Part shown: piece after piece, positions 1-5,968 of the stretch
How positions within the stretch are numbered: the stretch's first letter is position 1
Layout of the letters: every line of letters begins with the position of its first letter
Source: a virus
Taxonomy: Duplodnaviria; Caudoviricetes
Virus record (IMG/VR): IMGVR_UViG_3300012952_000063
Location: 1 to 32,805 of that record
Length of the DNA: 32,805 bases
Direction: 5' to 3' (one strand)
The notes under the pieces: model-generated
Told to the model about the DNA's origin: nothing
Databases searched by the model: none
The model's input: the letters and a program-made list of their open reading frames with translations, nothing else
Position numbers and translations under genes: made by a program

Positions 1-195
1 ATCCATCATTCTTTCCATATCTTTATGTAAGTCTTCTTTAGAAACGAAATCACGATTTATTTCTTCTCTAGTTCTATTGAGTAATATTTCTAATCGTTTT
101 GTTTCATTATGAAGTTGTACTATGAACCAAACAAATGGAGCTACGATTCCAGTAAGTACTAAATTCCAAAGTAAATGTATTGATTCCAATTCCAT
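1..195 (-). CDS. Small membrane-anchored coiled-coil protein, 3'-truncated by the window edge (possibly holin-like)
   Basis: Not in the ORF track. Manual translation from ATG at 195 gives MELESIHLLWNLVLTGIVAPFVWFIVQLHNETKRLEILLNRTREEINRDFVSKEDLHKDMERMMD, open to base 1. GAGGG Shine-Dalgarno just upstream. One hydrophobic segment followed by a charged helix. Confidence 0.7.
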   Translation of the reverse strand, partial: MELESIHLLWNLVLTGIVAPFVWFIVQLHNETKRLEILLNRTREEINRDFVSKEDLHKDMERMMD

Positions 196-220
196 ATTTC
201 CCTCTATAAAAGATATACTT

Positions 221-931
221 CTATTTAGGGATTTTTAAGTTTCCATCTGGTAAAACCTCAAATTCCATAACATCGTTAAAACTTGTTTGAATATTAGGTG
301 AACCATTCAATCTACCTTCATTTAAATATTGAAACTCATGATTAAATGCAATTGATATTCTATCAAAGTCTACTTCATTAGGTTCTACATAATGTAACAT
401 TGCAGATGGAAATAGAAATAAATCACCTTCTACTGGGTCAACTACAAAATTATCTGCATCTCTTCTTGATGCATGTGTAAAATCTTGCATGTATTTTGCC
501 TGACCACTTATAAATTGCAAACAACCAGACCCCCTAGTTTCTTTCGGAACTTGTAAATAAAATACACCACTATACCAACAGCCAGGATGAGAATGTACAT
601 TATTATATGAATTTTTATAATTTATGTTTACCCAATAATTACCATGGTGTAATTTAAAATCTTTACTTTCATCTCCTGCGTAAAATGGAAATACTTCTTT
701 ATTAAAAACTTTTTCAATACCATTAATCATAGATTGGAAAATTGGTCTCTCATTTACACCATCATTAGACTGCCAACCACTACCATTATTAGAACGACTT
801 CTACCAATTGGGTCATTTTTTCTCATAGTATAACATTCTTTTTGCATTGCATGAAGTTGTTCATCAGAAATATAACCTTCTTTAATTAAATTAACTCTAA
901 ATACATTCCATGAAAACATTGGTATAAACAT
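221..931 (-). CDS. Putative 2OG-Fe(II) oxygenase, TIGR02466/2OG-FeII_Oxy_5-like
   Basis: Motifs SNxxGWQS, WVNIN, NNVHSHPGCWYSGVFY (HxH), LFLFPSAMLHYVEPN (distal His) and RISIAFN. The start overlaps the upstream stop (TAATG at 929-933). Confidence 0.85.
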   Translation of the reverse strand: MFIPMFSWNVFRVNLIKEGYISDEQLHAMQKECYTMRKNDPIGRSRSNNGSGWQSNDGVNERPIFQSMINGIEKVFNKEVFPFYAGDESKDFKLHHGNYWVNINYKNSYNNVHSHPGCWYSGVFYLQVPKETRGSGCLQFISGQAKYMQDFTHASRRDADNFVVDPVEGDLFLFPSAMLHYVEPNEVDFDRISIAFNHEFQYLNEGRLNGSPNIQTSFNDVMEFEVLPDGNLKIPK

Positions 932-1776
932 TATTTAAACTCCTTTTTCGATGCCCAGTTCTTTCTATAAACTTGTTTATATTCATTTCTATCGTCTAGT
1001 GGTTCTCTGTCATTCATTTTTTTTAATTCACCTTGGAATTCTTTTCTAAATTTTCCATGGAGTTCTTCTTTAGAAAGAAACTCAACTGTATGTTTCCAAG
1101 GATATCTAACAAAAGGTACAATCTGTACCAGTGGTGTACCTTTGGGTATTATAAAAGAATTATCAACTTTAGGATAGAATATCAACATATTATTTGTTGT
1201 CAATTGATTAAAACCATCGGTATCTATAACTCCTTGCCATGTTTGAAAGTATGGATTATCAAACAAAAATGGGTCAAGATAATAACAAGAAGTTCCTTTT
1301 GGTGTTTCAATTAAGAAATCCATTTTGAATTTAAATGCCATTTTATCATCCCAACTACTACCTTTAACTTGTACAGCAGGATGACCACCATGTTTTTGTG
1401 AACCTTCTAACCACTCATTCTCTGCAAGAATAAGACCTTTACTATGTGCAATTAATTGTTCTGGTGTTTCAGATTCTTTTATTTTTTTTAATTCTTCTGG
1501 TGTTACATCATCTTTTAATGGAAGAGAAATACTTATTGGTTCATTTCCATCATGTCCTATAAAAACAAATACTGAATGACGATTTCTAATTAGATATCCC
1601 ATAGATAACCAATCATGCATAGCTGGACATTTTTTTATTGTTTCAGATGATTTGTTTAACCCATTAGGTAACATAGTTGGTAATTTCTTATACCACTCTG
1701 GTTTTACTTGTCTAGCTGGAACTGGTTCAAATAAACGATTTTCACTGTCTATTACACACTGAAACTTTATTTCCAT
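931..1776 (-). CDS. DUF6065-like phage protein (dUTPase-like beta-clip region), function unknown
   Basis: Motifs TIKKCPAMHDWLSMGYLI, TPKGTSCYY, GVIDTD and IPKGTPLVQIVPF are typical of this family, which often sits next to phage 2OG oxygenases. The ORF track starts at 1800; ATG at 1776 (MEIKF), just after the upstream stop, is more likely. Confidence 0.6.
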   Translation of the reverse strand: MEIKFQCVIDSENRLFEPVPARQVKPEWYKKLPTMLPNGLNKSSETIKKCPAMHDWLSMGYLIRNRHSVFVFIGHDGNEPISISLPLKDDVTPEELKKIKESETPEQLIAHSKGLILAENEWLEGSQKHGGHPAVQVKGSSWDDKMAFKFKMDFLIETPKGTSCYYLDPFLFDNPYFQTWQGVIDTDGFNQLTTNNMLIFYPKVDNSFIIPKGTPLVQIVPFVRYPWKHTVEFLSKEELHGKFRKEFQGELKKMNDREPLDDRNEYKQVYRKNWASKKEFK

Positions 1777-1781
1777 TTCTT

Positions 1782-1970
1782 TTATCGGGCATTCGTCCAT
1801 AATCTTTCGTGTATATAATATAGTAATAGTTTCAAGAAAAAATCAAATGTCATTATTGCACCAGCAACTTCAACTGACCCTGTTAGTGCATATCCTATTA
1901 ATCCTGTAGTAACTGTTGCTATTATTCTCCATGAAAATGCTTTTACAATTGACTTACTGTGTGAATCCAA
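1782..1970 (-). CDS. DUF2061 family small membrane protein
   Basis: S-x-x-KAFSWRIIAT...two hydrophobic helices...LYYIHERLW signature. TTG start overlaps the end of the APS kinase gene. Confidence 0.85.
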   Translation of the reverse strand: MDSHSKSIVKAFSWRIIATVTTGLIGYALTGSVEVAGAIMTFDFFLKLLLYYIHERLWTNAR

Positions 1971-2742
1971 GTTGTCTCCTAATTTCTGTTGCAGAAATTA
2001 ATTCAGTCTCTTTGTCAAAAGATTCCTGTTCTATTTTATACCCTACATCTCTACCATAAGTTATGTTGACAACATTTGGTACTTTTTGTATAATATAGTG
2101 TACATTTTCTTCGTATCCTTCTCCAAGTAGATACATTTTAATATTTTGTTTAACTGTTTTAAAATCAAATGGATTCTTTGCAGTATTTTCCATTGCACGA
2201 ATCATAATAACCACTTGTCCTGTTTTATCATAACATCGTTTGAATAATGCAAAATGACCATCATGAAATGGTTGAAATCTACCTAACATTTGTGTAGTAG
2301 GTTTAGTTTCGTCAAACCTTCTATTCTCTGCAAGTATTTCTCTTGCAATAACCTCTGAATGTAGTTCACCATTCTGGTCTTCGACCAGATAGTCTACTTC
2401 GTTTTTGAGAGGTCTTTGAAATGCTTTATTGGTATCTGCATATCTACCTTTCTCTATTGTATCCATAAAGACTATATAATCTGGATTTAAAATTTGTCGA
2501 CCTTGAGTAAATGGACATACAAAATCCATAATTGCATATGGTTTTTCGGATTCTCTACATAAGTCTTTCATCCTATGTACCTGTCTCATTCTACCTTCTT
2601 CTGAGAAATCCCAATCGTTGTGTTGGGTTCGGATTGCATCTGCATTGAAATGGTCTGCATCTAAATGTTCAAGTAGACAATTAGAAATATAAGTTTTTCC
2701 ACTGCCAGGCAATCCCATAATTAAAATTGTTTTTGTTTTCAT
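1954..2742 (-). CDS. cysC: Adenylylsulfate (APS) kinase-like domain fused to a C-terminal HxGH nucleotidyltransferase domain
   Basis: N-terminal P-loop ILIMGLPGSGKT, NADAIR, DFSEEGRMRQ and DFVCP. C-terminal MLGRFQPFHDGH (2254-2289) and ISATEIR. The ORF track starts at 2766; ATG at 2742 (MKTKTIL) avoids overlap with the upstream gene. Confidence 0.8.
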   Translation of the reverse strand: MKTKTILIMGLPGSGKTYISNCLLEHLDADHFNADAIRTQHNDWDFSEEGRMRQVHRMKDLCRESEKPYAIMDFVCPFTQGRQILNPDYIVFMDTIEKGRYADTNKAFQRPLKNEVDYLVEDQNGELHSEVIAREILAENRRFDETKPTTQMLGRFQPFHDGHFALFKRCYDKTGQVVIMIRAMENTAKNPFDFKTVKQNIKMYLLGEGYEENVHYIIQKVPNVVNITYGRDVGYKIEQESFDKETELISATEIRRQLGFTQ

Positions 2743-2753
2743 AATAGTATATA

Positions 2754-3575
2754 TTATGCATCCCAAAGGGTTGCTTTATCTCCTCTTACGACCATACTTG
2801 TTCTAAATGGGAATCCATTTTCTTTAGTATATTCTACATCTGGGCCAGGATGTCTATGTGTAATTGCACCATTCATAATGACTAATCGATTTGGTTTATA
2901 TTTTACTCTACCAATTTCATAATCCTCTGCATTTTCTGGAATACCATTATATGAATGGTCATGATATTCACCATTGTACATTATTAAGTCACCACCCCAA
3001 TTATCTTCCCATCTTTCTTGGTCATAGTATAGGAATGTTAAATTGTTTAGACATGAATCATCTAATCCTGTGTCTTCATGAATAGTTCCATCTTGTCCAA
3101 TAGTTTGTCCATTAAATCCACAATATTGAAAATAATTCCAATCAAATTTAAAATCTTGTCTTAGTTTATGTATAAACCAATCTATCATAGGTTCTCTATA
3201 ACCTACATTATTAACACGAAATACATCCTTCTTCCATTCTGATTGTTTCATCCATCTTTTATTTTTTCTATGATATGACTCATAATGGTCTTGTATTGCT
3301 GTATTGTTGTGCCAACTATTTTTTTCCTCACCTACATTATGATATATTGATTCACCCCAATACAAATGTTGCATTTCATTATTACGAATTACTCTATTAC
3401 TTCTACCCCAGTTAACAGATGAATTTCTCCAATTTCTCCAACTCCACCAAATTGGAGGCGTAAGATAATTATCAAATACCCATACTTTTTGGAAAGGTAA
3501 TTTATCAATAGGTTTTGGTTTTTGCAGATATTCTATATTGAGAGGATGCATTAACCATTCGTAATGCATAGACAC
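2754..3575 (-). CDS. 2OG-Fe(II) oxygenase, prolyl-4-hydroxylase-like (2OG-FeII_Oxy_3 type)
   Basis: NGQT..QDGTIHED (HxD), LYY...WEDNWGGDL, YKPNRLVIMNGAITH (distal His) and FRTS (2OG-binding Arg). GTG start overlaps the upstream TAG. Confidence 0.85.
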   Translation of the reverse strand: MSMHYEWLMHPLNIEYLQKPKPIDKLPFQKVWVFDNYLTPPIWWSWRNWRNSSVNWGRSNRVIRNNEMQHLYWGESIYHNVGEEKNSWHNNTAIQDHYESYHRKNKRWMKQSEWKKDVFRVNNVGYREPMIDWFIHKLRQDFKFDWNYFQYCGFNGQTIGQDGTIHEDTGLDDSCLNNLTFLYYDQERWEDNWGGDLIMYNGEYHDHSYNGIPENAEDYEIGRVKYKPNRLVIMNGAITHRHPGPDVEYTKENGFPFRTSMVVRGDKATLWDA

Positions 3576-4213
3576 TATACAGCCCTCTTGTCCTCACCTA
3601 AAGAATCTTGTCCACCATTAACATCGAAAGTATCTGATTTAGTTTCAAATCTATCATCTGACCAATGAGTTTCAGTAAACTCATCCTGTGGTGGTGGTTC
3701 TGGTAATTGATTTAGATAAGTATCAAAGTCTTGCAAATCTCCATCAAGAGTTGCATTTAATTCTTCACATATTCTATATGCAGTACCAACTAAAAAATCA
3801 TTCCAGTCTAAGAATCTTCTTGCAATTTGTCTTCTAGGGTCATTAGAACCTTCTCTAGATGCAATAAGAATTTCAGTCATATTATCAAATTTGAAAAAAC
3901 CTAATCTTTCAAATCCAATTTCTCTTCGATTTTTTACTGACTCTTGAATATCATCTGAATATTGTTTTGTCATTGTGAGTTCCAAAGGTGGTTCACAAAG
4001 TTTAATATATTCTTCAATTTCTGCAATATTTTCCTCAGATAACTTTTCTACTTTTCGATTAAGTTCGTATTCGTAAGAATCATCATATGGTATATAAAAC
4101 ATAAAGTCATAATCAAAACCAAAAGAAGGTTTATCTGCTTTATCATAATTCCAACGAAGTCCTCTTTCGTTAGTTATATGTAAAACATTGTCGTGGTCAT
4201 ATACTAATAACAT
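3575..4213 (-). CDS. Acidic hypothetical protein, probable tail-fibre assembly chaperone
   Basis: GGAG RBS. The C-terminal half (FDNMTEILIAS..SNDP..QIARRFLDWND....YRICEEL...YLNQLP) resembles the helical phage tail-assembly chaperone pattern. It lies immediately downstream of the fibre genes. Confidence 0.45.
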   Translation of the reverse strand: MLLVYDHDNVLHITNERGLRWNYDKADKPSFGFDYDFMFYIPYDDSYEYELNRKVEKLSEENIAEIEEYIKLCEPPLELTMTKQYSDDIQESVKNRREIGFERLGFFKFDNMTEILIASREGSNDPRRQIARRFLDWNDFLVGTAYRICEELNATLDGDLQDFDTYLNQLPEPPPQDEFTETHWSDDRFETKSDTFDVNGGQDSLGEDKRAV

Positions 4214-4250
4214 AATAAAATCTCCATAATATAAAGTATATAGTCTTGGT

Positions 4251-5936
4251 CTAAGGCCAAGGTTTATTCAAATCACCATCCCATGTAGATACTGGTCTAG
4301 TCGAAGGTCGAGTAGATGGTCTAGTACTTGGTCTAGTTGAAGGTCTCGTTGCTGGACGAGTTTGTGTCACCTCATAAGAAGTTGGTCTACTAATAGTCTG
4401 TTCAAATGATGAAGGTCTACTAATTGTTTGTTCAAAACTTGTAGGTCTCGGAGTTTGGAAATTAGCAGGTCTATTAATAGTTTGTTCATAAGAAGTAGGT
4501 CTACTATTTTGTAACTGAGCAGGTCTATTAATAGTCTGTTCATAAGAAGTAGGTCTATTAATAGTTTGTTCATAAGAAGTAGGTCTAGGTATTGTCACTT
4601 CATAAGAAGTTGGTCTAGGTATCGTTTGTTCATAACTTGTAGGTCTACTACCTTGAGTCTGATAATACTGAGGTCTACCTATAGTCTGTTCATAAGAAGT
4701 AGGTCTAGGTATTGTCTGTTGATAACTAGTAGGTCTAGGTATTGTCACTTCATAAGAAGTTGGTCTAGGTTGCTGATAGTTAGTCGGTCTAGGTATCGTC
4801 TGCTGATAGTTATAACTAGGTGGTCTATAGTTTTGTATCTGTGTATTATAACTAGGTGGTCTATAGTTTTGTATCTGTGTATTATAACTAGTAGGTCTAG
4901 GTATCGTCTGTTGATAGTTATAACTTGGTGGTCTATAGTTTTGTATCTGATAATTTTGAGGGCCAGGGTTGAAAGGCCCATCTGGTTGATAGATTGGATT
5001 AAATGATGGACTTGGTACTAATGGGTTAAATGGTGTTAACTGTGCATTAGGTGATTGAACTTGAGTTGCAGCTGCACCAAATTTTGGATTAGCTGCAGTA
5101 TAAACTTGCACTTGAAAAGCTCCTGGCCTAAATCCTGTAGTTTGGAAATATTGTGGTCTATAACCTGTTGCTTGTCCTTGATAATTAGCAGGTCTATTAA
5201 TAGTTCCTTGAGTTTGAAAATATTGTGGTCTATAAGCAGTTCCTTGAGTTTGAAAATATTGTGGTCTATAACCTGTTGCTTGTCCTTGATAATTAGCAGG
5301 TCTAGAAGCTTGTAACTGGCCAGGTCTAGCTATCGTTTGTTCATACTGATTAGGTCTGTTAATTGTAACTTGATAATTAGCAGGTCTATTAATCGTTTGT
5401 TCATAGTTAGCAGGTCTAAAATTCTGTATTTGAAAGTTTGCTGGTCTGTTAATAGTTACTTCATAACTATTTGGTCTGTTAATAGTTTGTTCATATTGGT
5501 TTGGTCTGTTAATAGTAACCTCATAAGATGAAGGTCTATTAATAGTCACCTCATAACTTGTAGGACGAGGTGTCTGGAAATTTGCTGGTCTATTAATTGT
5601 AACTTCATACGATGTAGGTCTACTATTCTGCAATTGAGCAGGTCTGTTAATAGTTTGTTCGTATGTTGTAGGTCTATTAATAGTTACTTCATAACTATTT
5701 GGTCTATTAATAGTAACCTCATAGGGTTGTTGATAAGACTGTTGAAATGGTTGTTGAAATGGTTGTTGAAATGTCTGTTGAAAAGGTTGTTGCACCTGTA
5801 TAGTTCCAGTCTGGAATTCCCATCCAGTTGGAGTCTTTCTTTTTACATCAACTACTTTTTTCCAGCCAGATGGAGTCTTGACTCTCCATCCATTGGTGTC
5901 ATTCCATCCTGCTGGAGTTTTTACTTTTGAACTCAT
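4251..5936 (-). CDS. 561-aa Gln/Thr/Pro/Arg/Tyr-rich mirror-repeat protein, probable distal fibre or appendage
   Basis: GAGG RBS. N-terminal 3x KTPxGW, 40 units of 8-12 aa ending in RP, tetrapeptide repeats at both ends and a 55-aa core. Sits directly after the 1349-aa fibre gene. Confidence 0.85.
   Translation of the reverse strand: MSSKVKTPAGWNDTNGWRVKTPSGWKKVVDVKRKTPTGWEFQTGTIQVQQPFQQTFQQPFQQPFQQSYQQPYEVTINRPNSYEVTINRPTTYEQTINRPAQLQNSRPTSYEVTINRPANFQTPRPTSYEVTINRPSSYEVTINRPNQYEQTINRPNSYEVTINRPANFQIQNFRPANYEQTINRPANYQVTINRPNQYEQTIARPGQLQASRPANYQGQATGYRPQYFQTQGTAYRPQYFQTQGTINRPANYQGQATGYRPQYFQTTGFRPGAFQVQVYTAANPKFGAAATQVQSPNAQLTPFNPLVPSPSFNPIYQPDGPFNPGPQNYQIQNYRPPSYNYQQTIPRPTSYNTQIQNYRPPSYNTQIQNYRPPSYNYQQTIPRPTNYQQPRPTSYEVTIPRPTSYQQTIPRPTSYEQTIGRPQYYQTQGSRPTSYEQTIPRPTSYEVTIPRPTSYEQTINRPTSYEQTINRPAQLQNSRPTSYEQTINRPANFQTPRPTSFEQTISRPSSFEQTISRPTSYEVTQTRPATRPSTRPSTRPSTRPSTRPVSTWDGDLNKPWP
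4293..5789 (-). repeat. Coding tandem-repeat array (12/24/30/36-bp units) in two arms: 5124-5789 and 4293-4958
   Basis: Recurrent ggtct(a/g) (Arg-Pro) every 24-36 bp on the + strand. Exact 51-bp duplicate at 5146-5196 and 5254-5304. Confidence 0.95.
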
Positions 5937-5968
5937 TAATCAATTTCCTCATTCATTATATATTGTTA

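Noticed and set aside
931-1776. Functional dUTPase
   Set aside because: Only a partial resemblance (GVIDTD, KGTPLVQ); the five canonical dUTPase motifs are not recognisable.
221-3575. The two 2OG oxygenases as TET/JBP DNA-modifying enzymes explaining the GpC pattern
   Set aside because: Their motifs fit P4H-like and TIGR02466-like families rather than TET/JBP, and no DNA methyltransferase is present in the window.
4293-5789. CRISPR array or non-coding repeat locus
   Set aside because: Units are multiples of 3 bp, vary at synonymous positions, have no unique spacers and lie in one open frame with an RBS. No cas genes are present.
4293-5789. DNA inverted repeat or invertible segment explaining the mirror symmetry
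   Set aside because: Units in both arms read in the same orientation, the arms are not reverse complements, and no invertase is seen.
4251-5936. Multi-core RiPP precursor cleaved at RP sites by the adjacent enzymes
   Set aside because: Attractive given the oxygenases, but released peptides would not need exact mirror symmetry or partner rules. No dedicated protease or transporter is visible, and the context is a fibre operon. Not formally excluded.
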